Origin: a virus
Reading direction: 5' to 3' (one strand)
IMG/VR virus record: IMGVR_UViG_3300030103_004816
DNA: 64,000 nt
Under the pieces are notes generated by a model. The model saw only the letters and a program-made list of their open reading frames with translations, made no database searches and was not told where the DNA came from. Every line of letters starts with the position of its first letter. Position 1 is the first letter of the stretch. Both the position numbers and the translations under genes were made by a program. Positions 11,180-21,264 of the stretch are shown here, piece by piece.

Positions 11180-12602
11180 CTGTTAAGCCTCCTTCACCGA
11201 TTGTAGATCCATCATTAAAAATAATTGAAACTGAACCTTCCTCTTCTGATTCATTTTCACTTGGTTTATATTCATCACTTCCTGTTCTACATAAAGTAAG
11301 ACCTTGATGATATCCGTTAGGTGTAAATGTATGAACTAAATCTTTTACTAGAAAAAATCCACTCATTACAGGGTCATCTACTTTTTGTGATTTACCTATA
11401 TCAGTTTTTACAACATTCAAATTTACTATATCTCCTACATCCAAATCTGATCGTCCATAAATTTTACAAGAAATTAAATTATTAAATAATGATTTTCCTA
11501 AAATTTTTCTCTTTATTATTGATTCAGTTGCATCTACGGCATTCACTTGACCAGAGTTTAAATAAAAAAAGTCTGTAGAATTAGATTCTTTTTCAAATTT
11601 TTCAAAGTAATTTTTTGTTGTTTGTAAATAAGGGGGTTCAGACATACCTAACGGTTCAGCTTCTAACATAACTTCAGAAAATTTATTTGATTTTCTATCA
11701 ACAGTTTTTTTAACATAATCTACTGTTGCTACAGTGTTATGCAATGCTCCCTCATCAGCTAAGGCAAAGGTTCCATTTCTTTGTATTTGATTAAAGTCCA
11801 TTATTTTTTGAACTGCTGTTTTTGGAGATGCAAATGACTCAGCTGCTCTAAAAGGATCTAATCTTAATCTATGAGAATTTTTTAAGGCGGTGAAAGTAAT
11901 CTCTCTATTAGGTTGAAAACGTACAATGTCATTTAAACTATCAAAGAAATAACCATCTAATCTTTGATAAAAGAAATACATTGAAGATGCATTATCAGAA
12001 GCCCATGCTAAAAGATAGTCCATTGTATCAAAGGGAGTTTCACTAGGAATATTTATATCAATTACTCCAAGAGTGTCTGAAGCATTTTTAAGTTGAGATT
12101 TTGATGATAGAGCTAACCCATCTCCAAAATCAGTAGTTGATTTTATTGCTTCTTCAAAAACATTTTCCACCATACTTTTTACAGTACCGCTCATATGACC
12201 TGTTATATTAGCAAATGATTGATAGTAAAATAATTCAGATACACCAGATATAGTAAAATTATATCCATCAATAGTCTCATTAGGTGTAACATTTTGAATA
12301 TTAACTATTCTAAAAAACATCTCTCTTTCAGGAGATTCTTTTTTAAAATAGTCTGGTGTTTTCCATCTAACAGAAATTAACTCATCACCTAATAAATCAG
12401 CATGTTCAAATATACCATATTCGTCCATTACATTAATAGTTATTTTCATAGCTTTTAAATGAATAGAAGATGTAATAGAAACAGTAGTAAACATGTTTCT
12501 TAAATTTATAATTTCAGATTTTCCTTCTTCTAAATTAGTATGAATAACTATATCATCTAAGCTGTAATTCCCTGGTTTAGGAAGACTTTTTATTTCAGCC
12601 AT
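11172..12602 (-). CDS. Baseplate hub protein (gp27-like)
   Basis: Lies between gp53 and gp5; C-terminal G.SDLDVGDIV..SGFFLV..H motif. Confidence 0.6.
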   Translation of the reverse strand: MAEIKSLPKPGNYSLDDIVIHTNLEEGKSEIINLRNMFTTVSITSSIHLKAMKITINVMDEYGIFEHADLLGDELISVRWKTPDYFKKESPEREMFFRIVNIQNVTPNETIDGYNFTISGVSELFYYQSFANITGHMSGTVKSMVENVFEEAIKSTTDFGDGLALSSKSQLKNASDTLGVIDINIPSETPFDTMDYLLAWASDNASSMYFFYQRLDGYFFDSLNDIVRFQPNREITFTALKNSHRLRLDPFRAAESFASPKTAVQKIMDFNQIQRNGTFALADEGALHNTVATVDYVKKTVDRKSNKFSEVMLEAEPLGMSEPPYLQTTKNYFEKFEKESNSTDFFYLNSGQVNAVDATESIIKRKILGKSLFNNLISCKIYGRSDLDVGDIVNLNVVKTDIGKSQKVDDPVMSGFFLVKDLVHTFTPNGYHQGLTLCRTGSDEYKPSENESEEEGSVSIIFNDGSTIGEGGLTGA

Positions 12603-12603
12603 A

Positions 12604-13113
12604 TTACCTCATCAATTGCTTTAAAGCGCTTTCTGCATTTCCAGCTAGATCACTTCTTAAAAGTCTTATATTTCTTTTACTTTCATTATTTTCATCTTCA
12701 ACTCTATATGCTGTTTTTGGAGTAAGAGTTGCTTTTATATCAGAGCTTGAATATGTATAAGAATCAGGTGAATACTTTAACCCATTATTATCAACATAAT
12801 GATCAATAGTATTTTTTGAATTTTCTATTGATCCATATTTCTTTATTAAATATTCTTCAAATTGATAAGTATCCATGTGCCATTCATAAAATGGGTCAAC
12901 TATATCATTACTTAAATAGACTAACCATATTCTATCTACTGAACCATAATAATCATTTGCAATAGTCCAAGGCTTATCATAAGTTTCTATAGTATAGTTA
13001 GCAAATGAAAAGAAATCTTCATCTAATACATCTTTAAGTTTTACTTTAGAAATAATATTTCTAGTCTGAAAATTATCATAAATTATTTTAGGAAAGGTAT
13101 CAAAGTATTTCAT
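12604..13113 (-). CDS. gp53: Baseplate wedge gp53 (LysM-like)
   Basis: MKYFDTFPKI..IANDYYGS..WLV..NDIVDPFYEW..ENNESKRNI. Confidence 0.88.
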   Translation of the reverse strand: MKYFDTFPKIIYDNFQTRNIISKVKLKDVLDEDFFSFANYTIETYDKPWTIANDYYGSVDRIWLVYLSNDIVDPFYEWHMDTYQFEEYLIKKYGSIENSKNTIDHYVDNNGLKYSPDSYTYSSSDIKATLTPKTAYRVEDENNESKRNIRLLRSDLAGNAESALKQLMR

Positions 13114-14087
13114 TAGCTGCTACTCGTTTTATTAGTATTAGAAGGATTTTCTTTTTTATCAATATCTTCAAAATCCCTTCTAGTAATAAAGTCTAATTCT
13201 GTAAATTTAATTTTAACATCATAATTAACTGGACTACCAGTATCATTAAAGAAGTTAAGATCGCCTTTACCAGCATGCTCTACTGTAAAGTCAGAGATAA
13301 GTCCTGGTTTATAAAAGATAGAATTGTTTATGTCTGGTGTTATAAGCGCACATTGAATTACATCAGGATAATTTTGTACAAATGTTCCTGCTGTTCCTTC
13401 ACCTATACCTTCTAAAGAAGAGTGCATTTTATGTCTTATAGTTTTTACTATTTTATTAAGGGTTTCTGATTCCTTTTTATTTCTTGGAATTAATTTCCAA
13501 TTTAGATCATGAGTTCTTACTGGATTGCCCTTAAATGCAGCTATGTTATTTGGGTTATAAATATTACCAAAACCAGCCTCTACAGCTGTTAATGCAAATT
13601 CTGGAAGAATACCCCTTCTTGCAATAGCAGGAATTTGAGCTGCTCCTCTTAATAACCCAGCAACATCGCCAACATCATCTTTATTGAGGCTTATTTCTTC
13701 CCCTACACCTGCTGTTGTTGCGAGCTGACTAATTACATTACCTGTTCCCTTCATGAAACCTGTTTTAGCATTATCAACAGCTCTATCAACTTCAGAAAAA
13801 CCTAAAGCAACTGCTTGTCCTACTACTCCTAGTCTCTCTTCTTTTATAGTTGCACTATATTGTTGACCTAAATTCGTTGGTATTGGTAATAAGATTGATT
13901 CTTTTGTTTTTATTTTGAGAGGATCATTGGGACTATCTGGCTGATATTGGTATTCTTGGAAATTAATAACAAAACCGTAAGCACCTATATCAGAAGGAAA
14001 TTGCATTTGAACAAGTTTCTTCTTTCGAATGTCTTCCATCTTTTCTTTTGGTGGTTTTACAAAACCTGATCTTAATCTTCCGCTCAT
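13113..14087 (-). CDS. gp48: Baseplate tail-tube cap gp48
   Basis: LPIP..NPN..FKG..R.H..WKLIPRNKKES..F.E pattern; gene order. Confidence 0.75.
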   Translation of the reverse strand: MSGRLRSGFVKPPKEKMEDIRKKKLVQMQFPSDIGAYGFVINFQEYQYQPDSPNDPLKIKTKESILLPIPTNLGQQYSATIKEERLGVVGQAVALGFSEVDRAVDNAKTGFMKGTGNVISQLATTAGVGEEISLNKDDVGDVAGLLRGAAQIPAIARRGILPEFALTAVEAGFGNIYNPNNIAAFKGNPVRTHDLNWKLIPRNKKESETLNKIVKTIRHKMHSSLEGIGEGTAGTFVQNYPDVIQCALITPDINNSIFYKPGLISDFTVEHAGKGDLNFFNDTGSPVNYDVKIKFTELDFITRRDFEDIDKKENPSNTNKTSSS

Positions 14088-14096
14088 GTGTGTCCC

Positions 14097-14104
14097 TATA
14101 AATA
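14097..14104 (+). promoter_or_regulatory. T4-type late promoter TATAAATA
   Basis: Exact gp55 consensus immediately upstream of the gp4 ATG. Confidence 0.75.
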
Positions 14105-14109
14105 TTACT

Positions 14110-14544
14110 ATGGCATATAAAGGTAAATTTAAACCTAAAAATTATTATAAGTATTTAGGTAACCCTACAAACATTATTTATAGAAGTTTGTGGGAATGTA
14201 AACTTATGTCTTATTTAGATAATCATCCTGACGTAATAGGGTGGGCTAGTGAAGAAATTGCAATACCTTATAAGAGTCCTATTGATAATAGAAGACATAG
14301 GTATTATCCCGACTTTTATGTTAAAAGAAAAATAAAAGGCAGAATTAAAGAATCATTAATTGAAGTTAAACCATATAAGCAAACTCTACCACCAAGAATG
14401 ACATCTAAACCTAATAAGAAGTATTTAGGTGAAGTAAAAGCATATGGTATAAATGAAGCTAAATGGATTGCAGCACAAAATTTCTGTAACGATAGAGGTT
14501 GGGACTTTAAGATAATGACAGAAAAAGAGTTAGGAATTAAATAA
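14110..14544 (+). CDS. gp4: Head completion nuclease gp4 (start at ATG 14110 rather than 14029)
   Basis: MAYKGKFKPKN..KY.G..IIYRSLWE..W.SEE..RYYPDF..EVKP..NEAKW. Confidence 0.92.
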   Translation: MAYKGKFKPKNYYKYLGNPTNIIYRSLWECKLMSYLDNHPDVIGWASEEIAIPYKSPIDNRRHRYYPDFYVKRKIKGRIKESLIEVKPYKQTLPPRMTSKPNKKYLGEVKAYGINEAKWIAAQNFCNDRGWDFKIMTEKELGIK

Positions 14545-15185
14545 TGGCATTAAGATATATGTTTCAAAAAGTTATAACTGATGCAGCACTTTTAAATATA
14601 TCTGCAGATATTAATAAAAAGTCGAGAGATTATTTTATAAAGAAGGGTCAAGAGATTCAAAATCAGCGCCCAGAAAGAATATTATTAAGAAAAGATATAA
14701 AAGAAAATTTACAATCACAACTTCCTTTTAAACCTGGAGGAATTTATCTCTTTAACTATCAACCTAAATTTGCTGAAAATGCTGCAAAGCTTCCCTATTA
14801 TGATAGATACCCTTTAATATTATTACTTGATGTACAGCCTAATTGTCTGTTAGGATTAAATTTTCATTATCTACCTTATATAGAAAGAGCTATATTACTT
14901 ACGCAATTATATAACTATTTGATAGAAGATAATACAGAAGCAGAATCAATATTAGGTGATAAAGCTTTTATAGATATTACCTACGATAAAGCTCAAACAC
15001 TTACGGTTCCTAAGAATTATTGGAAGCCATGTTTTAAAAAGTACCTAAATACTAATATAAACGGTAGACTCTTGAAAATACACCCTGAAGAATGGGATAT
15101 ACTTTTACAACTGCCTATAGAAAGGTTTGTTAGAGCAAATAAAGATACAGTATGGAAAGAGTCAAGAACTAAATGGAATAAGTAA
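14544..15185 (+). CDS. gp2: DNA end protector gp2
   Basis: LPYYDRYPL..GLNFHYLP..PCFKKYL..VWKES. Confidence 0.9.
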   Translation: MALRYMFQKVITDAALLNISADINKKSRDYFIKKGQEIQNQRPERILLRKDIKENLQSQLPFKPGGIYLFNYQPKFAENAAKLPYYDRYPLILLLDVQPNCLLGLNFHYLPYIERAILLTQLYNYLIEDNTEAESILGDKAFIDITYDKAQTLTVPKNYWKPCFKKYLNTNINGRLLKIHPEEWDILLQLPIERFVRANKDTVWKESRTKWNK

Positions 15186-15967
15186 TGTTCGATATAAACG
15201 ACGTAAAAAGTAAAGTACATGGATTAAAAGGGCTTCAGGTCCCTAATTTATGTCGAATAAAGTTTAAACCAAAAGGCGAACAACTTACTTTTGCAAAAGA
15301 CAAATATGAGACATTAAGTTTATTAGGTTATAAATTTGCAGTACCTGCTTTAAACTTTGTTACTTCAGATGTAAGAAGAGCTGGTTTTGGACCAATAGAA
15401 AGGCGTGTATCAAATTTTGCCCCAAGTACCGTTGCTGTAGAATTCTTTTTAGATAATAACAATAATGTAATAGATTTTTTTAACCAATGGGCTTTATTTC
15501 ATGCTAACTATCAAGGCGGTGATTTACAAAAAGTTACTTCATTAGGTGAAAAAAAGCAAGCTCATTTTGGTCAAGTAGGTTACTACGATGATTATGCAAT
15601 GAACTTAGATATAGAAGTTTTTGATCCAAAAGAAGATAGAATATTAAAATATGAAGTAGTTGATGCAAGTATCTTAAGTATGGGTACTATAGAACTTGGA
15701 TGGCAGCAAAACAATGAACTAACTACTTTATCAGTTCAACTAGCCTACAGGGCTATTACACCAGATAACACACCATCACCTACTGCACCAGATGGTGAAA
15801 AAGGAATGAACTTATTCCAGTTTATTTCTAAGATGAAAGGTGCAGTTGAAGTTGTTAAGAGTTTTGAAAAGCCTACTAATGTTCAAGACGCTTTGAACTT
15901 ATTAAATAATGCAAGAACATTTGGCTCTGGATTCACAGGTGGTTCAGAAGCTGATGGATTTGACTAA
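15185..15967 (+). CDS. Tail tube initiator / tube-like protein (gp54/gp19 family)
   Basis: Lies between gp2 and gp26; GYYDDY..ELGW..LSVQLAYR pattern. Confidence 0.65.
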   Translation: MFDINDVKSKVHGLKGLQVPNLCRIKFKPKGEQLTFAKDKYETLSLLGYKFAVPALNFVTSDVRRAGFGPIERRVSNFAPSTVAVEFFLDNNNNVIDFFNQWALFHANYQGGDLQKVTSLGEKKQAHFGQVGYYDDYAMNLDIEVFDPKEDRILKYEVVDASILSMGTIELGWQQNNELTTLSVQLAYRAITPDNTPSPTAPDGEKGMNLFQFISKMKGAVEVVKSFEKPTNVQDALNLLNNARTFGSGFTGGSEADGFD

Positions 15968-15980
15968 ACGGAGATAAATT

Positions 15981-16718
15981 ATGCTACCTAAAATCGATGC
16001 ACCGAAGTTTGATATAGACTTACCGGTGAGTGAAATTAAAGTAAAAGTAAGACCTTTTACTGTTAAAGAAGAAAAGATCCTTTTATTTGCACAGCAAGAT
16101 AATAAAGAACAAAGTATTATTGATGCTATCATGCAAGTTGTAAATAATTGTTTATTAGATAAAACTGATATTACAAAATTGCCTACTTATGAGCTTGAAT
16201 ACTTATTTGTTAAGCTAAGAGGGTTATCAGTAAATTCAATAATTGAATTAAATGTAAAAGATGATAGCGCTTATACTGAGGAAAATCCAGTATACGCTAA
16301 GTCAAGTTTAACTATAGATGATATTATATTAAAGTCCGATAAAAAAGCAGATTCAAAGTTAGAATTAGATGATAAGTATATGCTTAAATTAAGGCATCCT
16401 ACTTATGGTTCTTTAAAAGGTTTTGATAAAAGTACAATTATGGATAGTAATATAAGCGATCTGGCTATACAACTTATTGGTAGTGTTATTGAATCTGTTT
16501 ATTCAAAAGATGGTAAAGAAGTTTTTATGTTAGATGATTACTCTGAAGAGGAAAGATCAGAATTTTATTCAAGTTTATCTGCTAAAAACTTTTCAGAAAT
16601 ACAAAAATTTATTGCTAGTGCTCCATACCTTTATGCTAAAATAGAATGGGAAGAGCAAGATGGTAATATGAAAGAGAGGGAGCTGAAAGGGTTACTTGAT
16701 TTTTTTACGTTTGCCTAA
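15981..16718 (+). CDS. gp26: Baseplate hub assembly protein gp26
   Basis: MLPKI..RPFTVKEEKILL..EYLFVKLRGLSV..GLLDFF. Confidence 0.9.
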   Translation: MLPKIDAPKFDIDLPVSEIKVKVRPFTVKEEKILLFAQQDNKEQSIIDAIMQVVNNCLLDKTDITKLPTYELEYLFVKLRGLSVNSIIELNVKDDSAYTEENPVYAKSSLTIDDIILKSDKKADSKLELDDKYMLKLRHPTYGSLKGFDKSTIMDSNISDLAIQLIGSVIESVYSKDGKEVFMLDDYSEEERSEFYSSLSAKNFSEIQKFIASAPYLYAKIEWEEQDGNMKERELKGLLDFFTFA

Positions 16719-16891
16719 GCCACACGGACTTAGGTAATCATTATCAATTACAGTTTAACCTTGCTCAGCACCATAAATATTCGTTAACGGAACTAGAAAA
16801 TATGTATCCGTTTGAGCGTGAGTTATATACTGAAATGTTAGTGGATTATTTGAAAGCTCAAGAAGAGATGAGGAAAAGAAATAATGGCTAA
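16700..16891 (+). CDS. gp51: gp51-like hub assembly catalyst in the -1 frame, with no start codon of its own (probable frameshift extension of gp26)
   Basis: Manual translation FFYVCLSHTDLGNHYQLQFNLAQHHKYSLTELENMYPFERELYTEMLVDYLKAQEEMRKRNNG contains the gp51 motif HHKYSLTELENM.PFERE; the frame opens right after a TGA at the T-run. Confidence 0.8.
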   Translation, partial: FFYVCLSHTDLGNHYQLQFNLAQHHKYSLTELENMYPFERELYTEMLVDYLKAQEEMRKRNNG

Positions 16892-17252
16892 AGATAATGA
16901 TAGAAATGAAGTCGAAATAGATCTTGATAAGTATATGGCGTTAATCGAAAAGATTGACAGTCAAGAAGATGTTATCAAAGAATTAAAAGATGAAGCTGAA
17001 GCTGCTCGTAAGCAACTAGCTCCACCTAAAAGAAAATTCATGGATCTATTTCTAGATGATAATGATGTAAATGAAAAAGCAATAATTGGATTTATATCAT
17101 TTGGTCTAATGACTGTATTTGGAGTCTGTGACCTAGTTACAGCATTTTTAGGACAAGACCTGCTTATATCTGATACAATATATACATCGTTTGTTGTTGT
17201 AACACTCGGTGCATTTGGTATTAGTGAAGCTGGAAAAGCATTCGGTAAATAA
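16884..17252 (+). CDS. Hypothetical membrane protein (coiled coil + 2 TM)
   Basis: Two hydrophobic segments in the C-terminal half. Confidence 0.65.
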   Translation: MAKDNDRNEVEIDLDKYMALIEKIDSQEDVIKELKDEAEAARKQLAPPKRKFMDLFLDDNDVNEKAIIGFISFGLMTVFGVCDLVTAFLGQDLLISDTIYTSFVVVTLGAFGISEAGKAFGK

Positions 17253-17254
17253 AA

Positions 17255-19678
17255 ATGGCAGAAGGCAACGATAATAATCCTACTTTTAAACAACCTAAAA
17301 TTGGTGATAAAAAACCGTTGCCTAAAGGCCAAGGTGAATCTAAAACAAACTCTCAAGTCTTTGGTATAATTGGCCAGCAGGTCATGCGTATCAATAAATT
17401 AACAACAGCAATAGTTCAAGGTAATGATAATGTAGTTGATGCTATCTCATTAACTAATGAACTTAATAAAGGTCAAGTAAAACTTCTAGGTGATGTAAAT
17501 AAAGGATTAGATACAATAGCTACCTCTTTAGTACCTTTAAACAAAGTAGCAGAAGAAATATTAGAAGGTGGAACTGACCAAGCTAGTTCAGGTACTAGTA
17601 AAGCTTCCATGTTTGGGAAACTCTTTGATGATCTTGGAATTTCAAAACAAGATGAAAATTCATTAGATAATTTTGAAAAGAAATTAGCAAAACTAGAAGA
17701 GACTCTACAAAGAACAGGCGGAGGCGGCGGCAAAGGCGGCTTTATAGGTGGTGCTGCTTTTGGTGGAGGAATTGGTGCTCTAGGAGGCAGAGCTGCTGGC
17801 GGAGCTGCAGGTGGTGCATTAGGCGGCGCTGTAGGTGGTTCTTTAGGAGCAGTTGGTTTAGGTTTAGCTGTACTTACTGGTGCTCTTTACTTGGGTGCAG
17901 CTGCTGTAGATAAGTTTGGTATAGGTTTACAAAATACAGCAAAAGGACTAGACGATCTAAACAAAGTTAAAGTATCTACAGAAAATTTCGATAAATTAAA
18001 TACAGCTATTAGGGCCTTAATAAAAGATGTTGGTGTTAAAGATTCAATAGCATTTAGAATATTCTCAGGGGCTATGTTCCAGGACTTAGCTGACGGCTTA
18101 AGAGATTTAAATACTGTCTCATTAAATAATGAAGTATTTGAAGATATAGGTGAAGCTATTAAACTAATATCTGAGAATTCTAGTATTTTAGGTTCAATAG
18201 GTTTACGTATTTTATCTGGTACTGCATTTAAAGAATTAGCAGAAGGTATGGAAGAGCTTAATCAAGCTGATGTATCTGAAGAAAATTTAAGAAAATTCGG
18301 TAAAGGTTTAGGTGCTTTTGCTGAAGAGTCTAATCCTTTTTGGACTAATTTTGGAGCCATAGGTACTGCAAATATGATTAAAAGTATAGCAAGTGCTGAT
18401 TTCCAAAATCTAGCCGATGGCATGAATGCTTTAAATAATATACAACAAGTTAGTCCTAATTTAGAAGAAAACTTAACTAAGTCAGGTCAGGCTCTAGCTG
18501 CATTTATTCTAACGTTAACTGAAGATGAATTATTTGATAGCCCATATAAAGACGGATCTAAAATTATTAAAACTTTAGGTGAAAGAAACTCACTTAAAAA
18601 CCTAGCAGACGGCATAAAGCAGCTTAATACTATAAAAGATGGTGAACAAACTAAGATGCATCTTACTTTAATAGGACAAGGACTTGCTGAACTATTAGCA
18701 GGAACAGATAATTTCTTTGGTACTAGAGGTATGAAAAGGTTAGATGATGTTGATTTTTCTCATATCACAGAAGGTTTACAATCATTACAAAGTGTAGCTT
18801 CTACAATGGTAGAATATACTGGACCTGATGGTACATCAAAAATGGTACGTAATTCAGAAATAATGGAACAAGATTTCAAGTTAGTTGCTGAAGCTATTGA
18901 GGGTATAACAAGCAGTGTAGGTTATATTGAATCACTTGCTATGCAAAACTTAGCTGTATCAAGAGGTGGATTGTTTGGAGAAGATGTAAATCCATTAAAA
19001 GAAATAGGGCTAGGTCTAGCTGAGATTAATAGAATACCTGATTTTGATCCAGAAAAATTTAAAGATATTGCTGATGCTTTATATTTCTTAGTTACAGGTT
19101 CAAGAGGGGAGACCTTATTACAAGAATTTGATAAATTAGGACTAGATGGAGATGACGATAAATTTGCTATGTATATGGCTACAGCAAATAAGAATATGCA
19201 AACATTCGTTTCTATATTTACTGGTGGTAGCTTAACTCAAGTAGCAAAAGCTCTTCAAGAGCTAGGACCTGGTATGGCTACTTTTGCAGACGTACCTGAA
19301 GATGTTACTGAGAATTTTGCAAAAGCTATGGATGCAATGAAGCCGTTAGTTGAAAATTTAAGTGATGAAAATATAAGTGGTACAGGCAATTTTAAAAAAT
19401 TAGATAAATTTATTAAGTCTATTAATAAAATCGATACAGATAAAATGGTAAATCTTTCCGAAGTAGCTGATGCATTAGGTGTATCAGTAAGAGGTCAACC
19501 TATTTCTCAAGCACAAGTAGAATCTTTACAAAAATCAGTAATTCAACAATTAGTTGCTTCTAACTTAATTGATTCATCTCAAGTTAATCAAATTAATACT
19601 GTAACACCAACTTATTCAACTAGTTATAACTCAAGCGGTCCTTCCATAATTGCACCAGCAACAATCGTAACTAAATAA
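17255..19678 (+). CDS. Tape measure / gp29-like protein
   Basis: 807 aa, helical, Gly/Ala-rich hydrophobic stretch, downstream of gp26/gp51. Confidence 0.65.
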   Translation: MAEGNDNNPTFKQPKIGDKKPLPKGQGESKTNSQVFGIIGQQVMRINKLTTAIVQGNDNVVDAISLTNELNKGQVKLLGDVNKGLDTIATSLVPLNKVAEEILEGGTDQASSGTSKASMFGKLFDDLGISKQDENSLDNFEKKLAKLEETLQRTGGGGGKGGFIGGAAFGGGIGALGGRAAGGAAGGALGGAVGGSLGAVGLGLAVLTGALYLGAAAVDKFGIGLQNTAKGLDDLNKVKVSTENFDKLNTAIRALIKDVGVKDSIAFRIFSGAMFQDLADGLRDLNTVSLNNEVFEDIGEAIKLISENSSILGSIGLRILSGTAFKELAEGMEELNQADVSEENLRKFGKGLGAFAEESNPFWTNFGAIGTANMIKSIASADFQNLADGMNALNNIQQVSPNLEENLTKSGQALAAFILTLTEDELFDSPYKDGSKIIKTLGERNSLKNLADGIKQLNTIKDGEQTKMHLTLIGQGLAELLAGTDNFFGTRGMKRLDDVDFSHITEGLQSLQSVASTMVEYTGPDGTSKMVRNSEIMEQDFKLVAEAIEGITSSVGYIESLAMQNLAVSRGGLFGEDVNPLKEIGLGLAEINRIPDFDPEKFKDIADALYFLVTGSRGETLLQEFDKLGLDGDDDKFAMYMATANKNMQTFVSIFTGGSLTQVAKALQELGPGMATFADVPEDVTENFAKAMDAMKPLVENLSDENISGTGNFKKLDKFIKSINKIDTDKMVNLSEVADALGVSVRGQPISQAQVESLQKSVIQQLVASNLIDSSQVNQINTVTPTYSTSYNSSGPSIIAPATIVTK

Positions 19679-19705
19679 AAAAATAGGGCGGCATGATACC
19701 GCCCC
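19677..19705 (-). terminator. Intrinsic terminator after gp32
   Basis: GGGCGG-N7-CCGCCC hairpin followed by a T-run on the minus strand. Confidence 0.75.
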
Positions 19706-19720
19706 CAGAAGAGAATTAGC

Positions 19721-20623
19721 TTATTCAGCTAATTTTTGAAAAAACGACATTGTGTCGTCATCACCAGATTCAGAAGAAAGAGGAACATCTTCATCAGCTG
19801 ATGTAGTTGGAATAGAAGGTGCAGCTGTCTCAGGTTGAGGTTGAGGTGCTGATGCAACTTGACTACTCGTTTCACCTAAAGCCAAAACTCTATAGAGCTT
19901 AGTCTTTAATTCATCATATGACTTGAAATTTTCTGCAGTAGTAAACTCATTAAGAGCATGCTCTGATTTCCATACTGTTTCAAGTAAGCTGTCATCATCG
20001 CTCAGCGGTGCTGAACTATCAAATTCCGACTTATCATAATTCCTGTAACCCTCTACATTACGTATTTTAAGCTTGAAGTCAGCTCCAGCCCAAAGATCAA
20101 ATGGGTTAACAGGTTTTTCATCTTCAAATTGTGGATTCATAAGATCATTTAATTTCTCAAAGATCTTTTTACCATATTTGTAGAGGAATACTTTACCTTC
20201 ATTTTCAGGTCGTGTAGGATCTTTTACAACGTAGATATTAGAATAAAAAGAAAGTCTTCTTTTATACTTTCTGACTAGATCTTTATTAGCCTCAATACCT
20301 GAATTCCAAAGCATAGTATTATACTCTGATACAGGATCTTTTTGACCAATAGTTGTTAAAGATTTTTCGATATACCATTGACCAGTAGGGCCTTGGAAGC
20401 CATGATCCCATACTCTTACGAATGGAACGTCTTCTCCTTCTGGTGCTGGTAAAAATCTGATAACTGCATAGCCATTACCTGCTTTATCAACATCAGGTTT
20501 CCAGATTCTTTCATCTGGTCCATTTTGATTTTTAGGACTGCTATCCAGCTTCGTTAGTGCCTCGGTGAGTTTGTTTAGCTCTGAAGCCGAGTTCTTCTTG
20601 AGCGCTTCAAATGATTGCGACAT
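19721..20623 (-). CDS. gp32: Single-stranded DNA-binding protein gp32
   Basis: DERIWK..DKAGNGYAVIRFLP..HGFQGPTGQWYIE; acidic tail ending MSFFQKLAE. Confidence 0.97.
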   Translation of the reverse strand: MSQSFEALKKNSASELNKLTEALTKLDSSPKNQNGPDERIWKPDVDKAGNGYAVIRFLPAPEGEDVPFVRVWDHGFQGPTGQWYIEKSLTTIGQKDPVSEYNTMLWNSGIEANKDLVRKYKRRLSFYSNIYVVKDPTRPENEGKVFLYKYGKKIFEKLNDLMNPQFEDEKPVNPFDLWAGADFKLKIRNVEGYRNYDKSEFDSSAPLSDDDSLLETVWKSEHALNEFTTAENFKSYDELKTKLYRVLALGETSSQVASAPQPQPETAAPSIPTTSADEDVPLSSESGDDDTMSFFQKLAE

Positions 20624-20670
20624 ATTTTTCTCCTTGCGTATTGCGGTATATATTGCGGTTTATTTGCGGT

Positions 20671-21264
20671 TTATCTATCATTAAAATAATCCAAAGTAAT
20701 GGTCTTAAACTTATCTAAATTAATAGATAGGAAAGGCCTATACTTGGTTATTATAGTATATTTATCTTCCCAGATCAAGTCTTTTTGTAAAAATTTATTC
20801 CAGGTTTTACTATAATCCACTAGCATATCTAGTATGCACATAGTTTCAATACAAACTTCGTTTCTTAAATATAGTCTCAATAAATGAGGGTGCCCATATT
20901 TTTCAACTGCAAAGTTTTTATCAAAATCTTTATCAAGATTATCTAACTCATTTTTAAAAGTATAAGTTAGAGACTCTTGTCTCTTTTTCCATTTGCGGTA
21001 TATGTCTTCAGGAGCAGATTCTCTCAATTCACCAATCCAGAAATCTTTATCTCCATCTACTATATTAGCTAATAAAAAATTCTCTACATCTTTATGCTTA
21101 GATAATTTCATGAAAAAATACTTATCTTTTCTCATATCAAAAGCATGCTCAGATGCTCTTACTTTTCCATTATAAGTAAAGTAATTGTAATGTTCCGTTG
21201 TAAAGTGTTGTTTAAGAGCAAGATACTTTATGTATACCTCATAAGGGGAGATTGTGCTCTTCAT
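20671..21264 (-). CDS. gp59: Helicase loader gp59 (likely start ATG 21264)
   Basis: Y..YLALKQHF..YNYF.YNGK..F..RKDKYFF.KL; GAGG RBS before 21264. Confidence 0.9.
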   Translation of the reverse strand: MKSTISPYEVYIKYLALKQHFTTEHYNYFTYNGKVRASEHAFDMRKDKYFFMKLSKHKDVENFLLANIVDGDKDFWIGELRESAPEDIYRKWKKRQESLTYTFKNELDNLDKDFDKNFAVEKYGHPHLLRLYLRNEVCIETMCILDMLVDYSKTWNKFLQKDLIWEDKYTIITKYRPFLSINLDKFKTITLDYFNDR

